The translations under genes were made by a program, and so were the position numbers. Below are positions 1 to 7,109 of a stretch of DNA of 16,184 nucleotides, piece by piece. The notes under the pieces were generated by a model. That model did not search any database. It was not told where the DNA came from and saw nothing but the letters and a program-made list of their open reading frames with translations. The stretch spans positions 1-16,184 of the forward strand of contig JBNKDD010000118.1 in assembly GCA_050288085.1 (NCBI GenBank), given 5' to 3'. Position 1 is the stretch's first letter; each line of letters starts with the position of its first letter. The stretch is from Anaerolineae bacterium. Its GTDB lineage: Bacteria; Chloroflexota; Anaerolineae; Aggregatilineales; UBA3940.

Positions 1-336
1 TTCGAGCGTGGGGCACATGTCATCTACGGGCCAATGGCAGATGTCCATGTCTCCGGGCATGGCAACCGCGAGGATATTCGTATTATGCCGGAGGCCGTAA
101 ACCCCCGCTTCCTGATCCCGGTTAACGAGCATGATCATCTGGTCGGTGAGCCGCAATTTGTCAGCCGGGGATTTGTGTACTTGAAAGAGGCAGGCGATCT
201 GCTGGACGCAGGCCGCGAGGCAATCAAGCAGCAGTACCATAATGGGGCACGCGACCTGGGCCGTGTGTTGGAGGACTTTTTCTATCGGGAGACTCAGTCA
301 CGGCCCATCGTACTGCCCCGTTACATTCAGGTGTAA
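1..336 (+). CDS. rnj: Ribonuclease J-like metallo-beta-lactamase/beta-CASP RNase, C-terminal fragment (5' end lies outside the window)
   Basis: The frame is open from base 1 (FERGAHVIYGP MADVHVSGHGNREDIRIM...FLIPVNEHDHLV...). The HVSGHG...(F/Y)IPVHGE pattern is the C-terminal His motif region of RNase J/beta-CASP enzymes. Stop codon TAA at 334-336. Confidence 0.6.
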   Translation, partial: FERGAHVIYGPMADVHVSGHGNREDIRIMPEAVNPRFLIPVNEHDHLVGEPQFVSRGFVYLKEAGDLLDAGREAIKQQYHNGARDLGRVLEDFFYRETQSRPIVLPRYIQV

Positions 337-389
337 TATGGCATGGAGCTTCGATAGAGTCCCGGTGCTCGATCTTATCCGTTTTTGGA

Positions 390-2738
390 TTAGTCCGGTG
401 GCAGTCTCCGCAGTTTGTCATACGCAGATTGTGCCTGCTGTGGTTGGTCGCTCAATTCATATGCCTGGGCTAAATGTAGATATAAGTCTCGAAGCTGAGA
501 TTGGACTTCAACGCTGCCGGGCAATTCTTCTTTAGCCAGTTGGAGCGCTTTTTCCAGATGTGCCTTCGCTTCGTTCACGGCAGCGAGGCGGAGCGCTTCT
601 TTCCCGGCAGCCAGGCTGTGGCGAAACGCGACTTCCGCCAGCCCGGCAGCGATCGCATGATAGGCCAACACAGCCTTCGAGCCCCCATCTACCTCAAGGA
701 CACCCAATGCGCGACGATGAAAAAGCCGCCGCCGCGCATCCCCGGCCTCGGTATAGACCACATCACGGATCATATTATGGGTGAATGTGTAAGTACTGGC
801 AGTACCAGTCTGTGCCACTTCAAGCAAGAGCTGCCCGCTGACTAATTCGTCCAGGGCTGGCAGCCCGATATCTTCTGCCAAGTTGGAGATGGCGCACAGG
901 CGCTCGAAAGTAAGCCTCAACTCGAGGACAGCTCCGGCTGCCAGGAGCGAAAATGCGTTCGGGCTGAGGCGGCTCAAACGAGAGCGGAGCACCGCCCGTA
1001 CAGTAGATGGGACGCGAATCGCCTCCCCCAGATCATGCTCCGCATCAACCTCAAAACCCCATTGGCTCTCCCTCAACAGTTTCGGGTGGAGTACCCTACG
1101 CTCGAGCATGTCCTTCAGGGATTCCATCAAATAAAATGGATGTCCGCGAGTTTCGTTGAACACCCACTGGGCGAAATCGGCATCGGAGGGCTCCAGTATG
1201 GACAGCATCATTTGCACTGTATCCTGTTCCTCTAACGATCCCAGCTCAAGATGAAACGGCCCCAATTCACGCCCCATCCGTGCCAGCCACTCAATCAGAT
1301 TTGACAGCCTGGGTTGGACGGGCGGCTGCAAGGCCTCTGAGCGCAGGCTGACCAACAACAGGATCCGCGCTTCGCTCTCTCGCCAGCGGCGGACGGCGTA
1401 CACCAACCAGTCCAGCGTCGCGCTGTCCGCCCACTGTAAATCGTCCACGAACAGCACCAGCGGCGACTGACCAGCCAGGGCCAGCGTCAACTGCACCAGA
1501 GATTCGAAAAGCTGCGTTCGACCGCCATCCACTTCCAAATAAGCGGCAGGCAGCTCAGCGTAAAGTTCGCGTAATTCCGGCAGCAGGTGACTCAACGGGG
1601 CTAACCAGGTTTCCCCTAACACATCCGCCGGTGTGTCTTCCCGATCAATCCAGGGGCGGACAGCCTCGATCAGCGGCTGGTACGACATGCGACTACCACT
1701 CTCAAATGCGCGTCCTTGCAGCACATTGGCTCCCTGGGAAACACTCCAGGCCAGGAATGCCCGAGCCAGCCGGGTTTTGCCAATCCCTGCCTCGCCGCGC
1801 AGCACCACGGTTTGGGGCCGACCTGTGGCAGCATATCCGTAGTGCACCACCAGGGCTTGGTACTCATTTGTGCGCCCTGTGAATAAGTTTCCAAGAAAAG
1901 TAACGGGTGTATCGGGCTGCCGCTGCTGGGGCACAGCGCGACGGGCAGGGTGTTGAGTGCGAATGCGCATAGCCAGTGCCTCTGTGTCTGGTTCTGGCTT
2001 CACGCTCAATTCAGCCGCCAGAATGGTGCGGCAGGCATCATAGGTCCCGAGAGCCTGACCCCGCTCGCCCGCTGCAAAGTGGGCACGCATCTTGCGGCGA
2101 TAGGCAACTTCGTTCAGCGCATCCAGTGAGATCCAGAGCGAGGTGGTCTCGGCTGTAGCAGCAAATTCGCCTCTCGTAAACTGGATTTCTGACAGCCGGT
2201 CGAGGATCAGGTTCAGGCGACGCCGCCAGACTTCGCGCTGGACGTTTGCCCAATCGTCAAAGCCGGGCGCGTCGCCCAGTGAAAACCCGGTGAGAAAATC
2301 GCCACGGTAGCAGGTTATGGCTGAACGCAGCAAGGGCAGGCTGGCCGCATTCTCCGGTTGTACACGGTTGGAGCGGTCGGCACGGGCCAGGGCATAGGCC
2401 TGTTCCACCGTGTGCAGATCAAGATCGATATCGGCGTCCGAATTCAGCGCCAGTGTATGGTGCGTGATAGAGAGGAAGAAGGCCTGGGCTGAACTCAGGG
2501 CGGTTTTCAGGTGACCGAGCGTGTTACGGAGTGACGCGTAGCTGCGCTCCTGGTTTGATTCCGGCCAGAGAAGGGCAGCTAGATGCTCACGCGGTTGTGA
2601 TCCACCCTCAAGTGCCAGATAGATTAGCAACGCCAGTGTTTTACGCGTGGGAAACGTCAGCAGCTTTTCACCAAGACGCACTTCTGGTGGCCCCAGCAAA
2701 TAGAGTTGTAACGATGGTGAATAGCCGGACACGATCAC
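390..2738 (-). CDS. AfsR/SARP-family transcriptional regulator with STAND NTPase domain (OmpR-type wHTH + BTAD + P-loop NB-ARC-like ATPase + C-terminal helical/TPR-like region)
   Basis: The N-terminus LLGPPEVRLGEKLLTFPTRKTLALLIYLAL matches the SARP winged-helix DNA-binding domain, followed by a BTAD-like helical region. Walker A GEAGIGKTRLARAF and Walker B LVLFVDDLQWAD (hhhhDD + LQWAD, typical of AfsR/LuxR-type STAND proteins) are present, then a long helical C-terminus. The first start in frame is GTG at 2738. The true start is uncertain; an alternative is the TTG at codon 14. Confidence 0.8.
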   Translation of the reverse strand: MIVSGYSPSLQLYLLGPPEVRLGEKLLTFPTRKTLALLIYLALEGGSQPREHLAALLWPESNQERSYASLRNTLGHLKTALSSAQAFFLSITHHTLALNSDADIDLDLHTVEQAYALARADRSNRVQPENAASLPLLRSAITCYRGDFLTGFSLGDAPGFDDWANVQREVWRRRLNLILDRLSEIQFTRGEFAATAETTSLWISLDALNEVAYRRKMRAHFAAGERGQALGTYDACRTILAAELSVKPEPDTEALAMRIRTQHPARRAVPQQRQPDTPVTFLGNLFTGRTNEYQALVVHYGYAATGRPQTVVLRGEAGIGKTRLARAFLAWSVSQGANVLQGRAFESGSRMSYQPLIEAVRPWIDREDTPADVLGETWLAPLSHLLPELRELYAELPAAYLEVDGGRTQLFESLVQLTLALAGQSPLVLFVDDLQWADSATLDWLVYAVRRWRESEARILLLVSLRSEALQPPVQPRLSNLIEWLARMGRELGPFHLELGSLEEQDTVQMMLSILEPSDADFAQWVFNETRGHPFYLMESLKDMLERRVLHPKLLRESQWGFEVDAEHDLGEAIRVPSTVRAVLRSRLSRLSPNAFSLLAAGAVLELRLTFERLCAISNLAEDIGLPALDELVSGQLLLEVAQTGTASTYTFTHNMIRDVVYTEAGDARRRLFHRRALGVLEVDGGSKAVLAYHAIAAGLAEVAFRHSLAAGKEALRLAAVNEAKAHLEKALQLAKEELPGSVEVQSQLRDLYLHLAQAYELSDQPQQAQSAYDKLRRLPPD

Positions 2739-2806
2739 ATTCCTTGTAACGCTCTTGAGACGCTACTTCATTATACTGAATTTATGAAGCTCAAAACCAG
2801 ACTTGA
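2684..2806. repeat. Copy 1 of a ~120 bp direct repeat. It spans the first ~18 codons and upstream promoter-like region of the SARP regulator gene.
   Basis: About 85-90% identical to 8590-8712 in the same orientation. The shared core is gagttgtaa(c/t)gatggtgaatagccggacacg(a/c)tcacattccttg..acgctcttgagac.ctacttcattatact.aattta.gaag..caaaacc. Both + strand ORF-track translations end in MVNSRTRSHSL, which confirms the duplication. Confidence 0.75.
2770..2800 (-). promoter_or_regulatory. Promoter-like element for the SARP regulator gene (perfect TATAAT -10 on the minus strand, weak -35 candidates)
   Basis: The minus strand reads ...tggttttgagcttcataaattcagTATAATgaag.... The TATAAT hexamer (plus 2770-2775) lies ~32 nt upstream of the GTG start at 2738. 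The -35 candidates TTGAGC (13 nt spacer) and TTTTGA (15 nt spacer) are suboptimal. The element is conserved in repeat copy 2. Confidence 0.3.
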
Positions 2807-2972
2807 GTCAGCCTGGAACAGGTCATATGAACCGGTTTGGCCGGATAAAAACTAACCCGGTTGACCCGTATTTCCGCCCCCTCAGATGTCAATCGCAATG
2901 AGGTTTACCGGCTCGTAGATGGGGCATTCAAGCTGGTTGTTAGTAAGAGAAACGTTCTGGAGGATACTCTCA

Positions 2973-3356
2973 ATGCCCGGCATTATTCTGACGTTCCCGA
3001 TTGTGACCGGCAAGGTTGAAGCCTGGCGGCGTTTTTGCCAGGAATTAGCCGGTTCTCGGCGGCAAATGTATGAAGCATCTCGCCAGCGGCTGGGTATCAC
3101 GCTTGAGCGGTTGGCGCTGGTAGAGAGCGCCTTCGGATCGGCGGCAGTGACTACTCTGGAAGCCCACGATGTAAGTCAGGCACTGGGCCAAATTATTACA
3201 TCCGACCTTCCATTTGATCACTGGTATCGAGAGAAAATACAGGAGCTGCATGGAGTCAATTTATCCAGGTATGAGGACTTCTCCCAACAAGCACCACCCC
3301 CAGAAAATCAGGAGCTGCTCTTTGAGTGGGTGTTACCTTCTGGCATTGGTGATTGA
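2973..3356 (+). CDS. Hypothetical protein (~127 aa), divergently oriented from the SARP regulator
   Basis: ORF 2919-3356. The likely start is ATG 2973 (MPGIILTFPIVTGKVEAWRRF...), preceded by GGAGGA at 2956-2961 with a 9-11 nt spacing. I recognise no domain. Confidence 0.5.
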   Translation: MPGIILTFPIVTGKVEAWRRFCQELAGSRRQMYEASRQRLGITLERLALVESAFGSAAVTTLEAHDVSQALGQIITSDLPFDHWYREKIQELHGVNLSRYEDFSQQAPPPENQELLFEWVLPSGIGD

Positions 3357-3493
3357 CGCGGCTTAGCTCAAAATCGGCGGGTTGACTAGGGGCACACTCG
3401 ACTGAGAAGCACCGGACGAACGCATCTTGAAACACTATCGATACTTCTAATGGTAACGAATAAGAAACGATTAGTGTGGGAGAAAGAAACCAA

Positions 3494-3772
3494 ATGAATA
3501 CCATTATATGGCTTATCGCAGGGGCGTTTGTCGGCTGGCTCGCAAGCGTCATCATGAGTACCAACAGGCGGCAGGGGCTGGTTATCGACATTATGGCCGG
3601 ACTCGTCGGCGCGTTTCTGGCGGGTTATTTCCTGGCGCCTTTCCTTGGTATCTCGATCATCGATCAGAATAGTTTCAGTATCCCGACGCTGCTCGTATCC
3701 CTCCTGGGCACAGTCATCTTGCTGGCCGTCGTGCGCTTGTTCAACCCCCATGGGCGACGACACGCAGATTAA
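3494..3772 (+). CDS. GlsB/YeaQ/YmgE family (transglycosylase-associated, PF04226-like) small stress membrane protein
   Basis: MNTIIWLIAGAFVGWLASVIMS...GLVIDIMAGLVGAFLAGYF is the characteristic glycine-rich double-TM pattern of this family. The RBS GGAGAAAG lies 8 nt upstream of ATG 3494. Confidence 0.8.
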   Translation: MNTIIWLIAGAFVGWLASVIMSTNRRQGLVIDIMAGLVGAFLAGYFLAPFLGISIIDQNSFSIPTLLVSLLGTVILLAVVRLFNPHGRRHAD

Positions 3773-4002
3773 TGGGGTGGTGGAATACCGGCTGAACAAG
3801 TGATTGATTAGCCTGGCAATGAGCAGCACGCTTCAGAAGCATGAGGCTTCGGCTGGTAGTCGGCAAGAGGTTCAACACGTATCGTAAACACAGATTACAT
3901 CGGCATCTAAAGATTGCAATGGGCGCAGCTGCATGCGCTCTGCGCCTATTGCATGGAATGTAGCACTCCCAATCCCTCGCATCGAAAAAAGAGGAGGCAA
4001 GG

Positions 4003-4374
4003 ATGGAACTCTCAGTCTCAATGATTTTCAGAGCCGGGATTGTCTGGGGGGTTGTGGCGATCTTGCTGGCTATTGTCAGCAGTGTGCTCGCGCCGTCCCT
4101 GACGGTGGTAGCTGGTCTCACACTGGTGACTTTTGCCTTCACGATGTCAGGTATCCACTACGCCGCCAAATCACACAGTGCCTCTTTGAGCAGCGGCCTG
4201 GGTGGTGCGCTGGCAGGTGTGGTGGCCGCCAATCTACTCTTGCTGCTCCGGTTTGTGCCACTGAATCTTCCCGTTCCGGGTGATTCGATGACAGATTTAA
4301 TAGGTACGCTGGTTGTTGGCTTACTGATAGGTGCAGCCGGAGGCCTGGCCTTCAACGTTATCGTACGAAAATAA
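4003..4374 (+). CDS. Small integral membrane protein (about 4 predicted TM helices), function unknown
   Basis: Strong RBS AGGAGG 5 nt upstream of ATG 4003. The protein is hydrophobic and Gly/Ala/Leu-rich throughout (MELSVSMIFRAGIVWGVVAILLAIV...). Confidence 0.6.
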   Translation: MELSVSMIFRAGIVWGVVAILLAIVSSVLAPSLTVVAGLTLVTFAFTMSGIHYAAKSHSASLSSGLGGALAGVVAANLLLLLRFVPLNLPVPGDSMTDLIGTLVVGLLIGAAGGLAFNVIVRK

Positions 4375-4431
4375 AGGAAGCCACCACCTACGATATGCAA
4401 AGTTTCGAGTAAACATAGGAATAAAACAAAC

Positions 4432-4776
4432 ATGAATGATCAAAATCAAGCTCTTAGTAATACAAAGTACTTCTTAGCCGGGTTGCTGGCAGGTGGCCTT
4501 GTTGGCATGGCGACAATGCTGCTGCTGGCACCCCAATCGGGGGAAAAGACCCGTGGCGAGATTCAGCTCAAAGGCATCAAATTGCGCGATCAGGCCACTG
4601 AGACTGCAAAAGGAGCCATGGAGCAGGCTCGCCAGACAACTCAGCAGATCACAGGCGATGTGCGCGAGAAGGCTGAAGAACTCCAGCAGCGCGGACACGA
4701 TTTGCTCGGCGAGCAACGGGAACGCCTGTCCACCTTCGTAGAAGGTAAGAACAAGGACATCGAGGACCCGACTTAA
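4432..4776 (+). CDS. YtxH-like (DUF948) general-stress protein with N-terminal TM anchor
   Basis: KYFLAGLLAGGLVGMATMLLLAPQSGEKTRGEI is followed by a charged, helical, Q/E/R-rich tail. This matches the YtxH signature FxxGxxxGxxxGxLxAPxSGxETR. Confidence 0.7.
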   Translation: MNDQNQALSNTKYFLAGLLAGGLVGMATMLLLAPQSGEKTRGEIQLKGIKLRDQATETAKGAMEQARQTTQQITGDVREKAEELQQRGHDLLGEQRERLSTFVEGKNKDIEDPT

Positions 4777-4876
4777 CAACCGGAGAGCTTTGCATAACTC
4801 TACCTCAGACTGGGGAGGGGACGGGGGACATTCTATAGGGGTCAGGTTATGCGAAGCCCTAAAAGACGAGGATGAC

Positions 4877-5896
4877 ATGGACAGTAAACAGAAAATCTCA
4901 ACTAAGAACAACCTGGTCTGGCGCGAAGCAGTGGCCAGATACCAAAATCCGGATACCTTGCGCAGCACATGGCAGATCATCAATTCAATTGGCCCGTACC
5001 TTATCTTGTGGGTTTTGATGTGGCTTAGTCTGAGCATAAGCTATTGGCTCACTCTGGGACTGGCAGTCGTGGCAGCTGGCTTTATGGTGCGGATCTTCAT
5101 TATTTTCCATGATTGCGGCCACGGATCGTTCTTTAAGTCGAAGAAGGCGAATAAGCTCTGGGGTGGCATTACGGGGATTTTGACCTTTACACCTTTTGAG
5201 CAGTGGCGGCACGATCATGCACTGCATCACGCCTCGGCAGGAGACCTGGACAGACGCGGCTTTGGGGATATCTGGACGCTTACTTACCAGGAATACCTTG
5301 CCCTGCCTCGATTAAAACGGCTTGGATACCGGTTATTCCGCCACCCTCTGGTTATGTTTGGTTTTGGCCCTATATACACATTTGTCATAAAAACGCGATT
5401 CGCAAAACGTCATGATAGCCCACAGGCGCGCAGGAGTGTGCTTATCACCAACCTCGCTTTGCTGGGGATCATCATCTCTGCACATTTCTTAATTGGCCTC
5501 CAGGCCTATATCCTGATCCAACTTCCAATTATGGTAATTGGTGGGGCGGTAGGTGTATGGCTGTTTTACGTACAACACACCTTCGAGCCACCCTACTGGG
5601 AACGTCATACTGAATGGGATTTCACGACAGCAGCATTGCAGGGCAGTTCCTTCTATAAACTGCCCAAAGTGTTACAGTGGTTTACCGGGAATATTGGTAT
5701 TCATCACATTCATCACCTAAGCCCACTCATTCCAAATTACTATCTGGCTCGGTGCCAGGATGAAAACGATATCTTCCACAACATTGAGCCGCTCACCATG
5801 CGGGCCAGCCTCAGGTCGCTGAATATGCGCGTCTGGGATGAAAAATTGGAGAAGATGCTAAGTTTCCGCGAGATGCGGCGACTCTATGATCAATAG
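4877..5896 (+). CDS. des: Membrane acyl-lipid (Delta5-type, Des-like) fatty acid desaturase
   Basis: Three histidine boxes are present: HDCGHGSFF, WRHDHALHHASAGDLDRRG and HHIHHL. TM segments and the overall layout are collinear with Bacillus subtilis Des. The ORF opens at 4790. Alignment to Des favours the ATG at 4877 (MDSKQKIS...). Confidence 0.85.
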   Translation: MDSKQKISTKNNLVWREAVARYQNPDTLRSTWQIINSIGPYLILWVLMWLSLSISYWLTLGLAVVAAGFMVRIFIIFHDCGHGSFFKSKKANKLWGGITGILTFTPFEQWRHDHALHHASAGDLDRRGFGDIWTLTYQEYLALPRLKRLGYRLFRHPLVMFGFGPIYTFVIKTRFAKRHDSPQARRSVLITNLALLGIIISAHFLIGLQAYILIQLPIMVIGGAVGVWLFYVQHTFEPPYWERHTEWDFTTAALQGSSFYKLPKVLQWFTGNIGIHHIHHLSPLIPNYYLARCQDENDIFHNIEPLTMRASLRSLNMRVWDEKLEKMLSFREMRRLYDQ

Positions 5897-6009
5897 CCAT
5901 GTGGCGCTAAAGGCACCACCAGTGATGTCTGCTGATTCTCATTGGTTGAGTGCCTATAGCAATTTGGACACCTATTTTGGTCAAGAGATCTATTAACAAA
6001 GGAAATGCT

Positions 6010-6870
6010 ATGAGAATAATAATTGGCCCACTCTATACCCTGCGACCTTACGAGCGGGGCATCCAGGAAACCCTGGGTAAGTACAGCCGATTTGTGATGC
6101 CTGGGCTGGGCTTTCAAATCCCGCTTGTTCATATCACTCGCGTGCGCGATGTCCGCGAGCATACGATGGATATTGAACCTCAACCGGTGATCACCAAAGA
6201 TAACGTTGAGATTACAGTAGATGGTGTCATGTGGGTGCGCCCCACCGTCGATGAAGAAGGCATCAAGCGCACTTTTTATAACATCGACAATTGGAAGCGA
6301 GCAGTCATCCAGTTGGCAATGACGAATCTGCGTCAGGAGTTTGGCGAATTGTCGCTGGATGAGAGCCTGGTGGCTCGCGAGAAAATTGCCAACAATTTGC
6401 AGCGAATCCTGAACAGCTTCGCTGTCGAATGGGGACTGACTGTCAGCAAGGTAGAAATCCGCCTGATTGACCCCCCCGACGATATCAAAAAGGCCATGCA
6501 TAAACAGAAGACAGCCGAGCAAGAACGGCGTTCCATGAAACTGCTGGCGACGGGTGAGTTCGAGGCCGCCCAACAAGAAAAGTTGGCACTCATCCAGCGT
6601 GCTGAGGGAGAGCGCGAGGCAGTGATTCAAGTAGCCCAGGGCAAGGCTGAGGCCATTCGCCTGGTCAATGAGGCTGCCCACCAATACTTCGTCGGCAATG
6701 CTCAGGCTCTCAAGCAAATGGAGATGGTCGAAACCTCCCTACGTGAGAATGCCAAGGTCGTCATCACTGAACACGGTATCAGCCCGACCCTGCTTCTGGG
6801 CAGCCTGCCGGTCAGTGTACCGAGGGATGGAAACGGTGCTGGAGTTAAGACAAGAGAAATGAAGGAATAG
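6010..6870 (+). CDS. SPFH/band-7 (stomatin/prohibitin-like) membrane microdomain protein
   Basis: YERGIQETLGKYSRFVMPGLGFQIPLVHI...PQPVITKDNVEITVDGVMWVR is followed by a long A/E/Q-rich coiled-coil tail, which together form the canonical SPFH core. The RBS AAGGAAA lies 5 nt upstream of ATG 6010. The ORF opens at 5950. Confidence 0.85.
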   Translation: MRIIIGPLYTLRPYERGIQETLGKYSRFVMPGLGFQIPLVHITRVRDVREHTMDIEPQPVITKDNVEITVDGVMWVRPTVDEEGIKRTFYNIDNWKRAVIQLAMTNLRQEFGELSLDESLVAREKIANNLQRILNSFAVEWGLTVSKVEIRLIDPPDDIKKAMHKQKTAEQERRSMKLLATGEFEAAQQEKLALIQRAEGEREAVIQVAQGKAEAIRLVNEAAHQYFVGNAQALKQMEMVETSLRENAKVVITEHGISPTLLLGSLPVSVPRDGNGAGVKTREMKE

Positions 6871-6898
6871 TTGATGAAAGACGTGAGGAACAAGAGTA

Positions 6899-6985
6899 AT
6901 GGAGACCACCCTGTATGCCATCGCATTATTTGTGATTGTGGCCCTTTCGCTGGTAGCAGTCAGACAGAATAGGGACAGGCGGTAG
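6899..6985 (+). CDS. Putative 28-aa hydrophobic micropeptide (METTLYAIALFVIVALSLVAVRQNRDRR)
   Basis: It sits in the 240 bp gap between the SPFH and radical-SAM genes. GAGGAA lies 8 nt upstream of ATG 6899. It has a single TM-like helix followed by a basic tail. An alternative overlapping 33-aa Cys-rich ORF (6874-6975, MKDVRNKSNGDHPVCHRIICDCGPFAGSSQTE) has its own AAGGAA RBS. Confidence 0.35.
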   Translation: METTLYAIALFVIVALSLVAVRQNRDRR

Positions 6986-7109
6986 CACACACACAAGATC
7001 ACACAGAAGATGAAATGACTTCCGAATACAGGAAGCGGAACGGCTCGAAGCTGAGATAGAGAATCCCGCCAATGACACCTGCTTATGCTCAAATCAGGAG
7101 GAAAAATCG

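Noticed and set aside
337-389. Rho-independent terminator between the convergent rnj-like and SARP genes
   Set aside because: A T-run (ccgttttt) is present at ~372-378, but I could not identify a convincing upstream stem by eye. It is left uncalled.
501-2253. Several 60-114 aa + and - strand ORFs nested in the SARP regulator gene (501-845, 560-784, 883-1134, 1631-1882, 1670-1894, 2038-2253)
   Set aside because: They overlap a long gene with clear multi-domain homology. They are Arg/Pro/Ser-rich, as expected of out-of-frame GC-rich translation.
390-2738. STAND NTPase as an Avs/antiphage-type defence protein
   Set aside because: The N-terminus is a SARP DNA-binding domain plus BTAD rather than a nuclease, protease or TIR effector. 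This is the AfsR transcription-regulator architecture.
3386-5037. Minus-strand ORFs 3386-3829, 3741-4142 and 4474-5037, and + ORF 3933-4283
   Set aside because: They are antisense to or overlap the GlsB-family, 4-TM, YtxH-like and desaturase genes. They lack start context, and their composition matches shadow frames.
5890-6717. 275-aa minus-strand ORF
   Set aside because: It lies entirely antisense to the SPFH gene, which has unmistakable family motifs. It has no RBS and no recognisable domain, so it is an open antisense frame of a GC-rich gene.
6010-7109. Classic SPFH-NfeD operon
   Set aside because: No NfeD-like (OB-fold, ~140+ aa membrane) gene is found next to the SPFH gene. Only micro-ORFs are present there.
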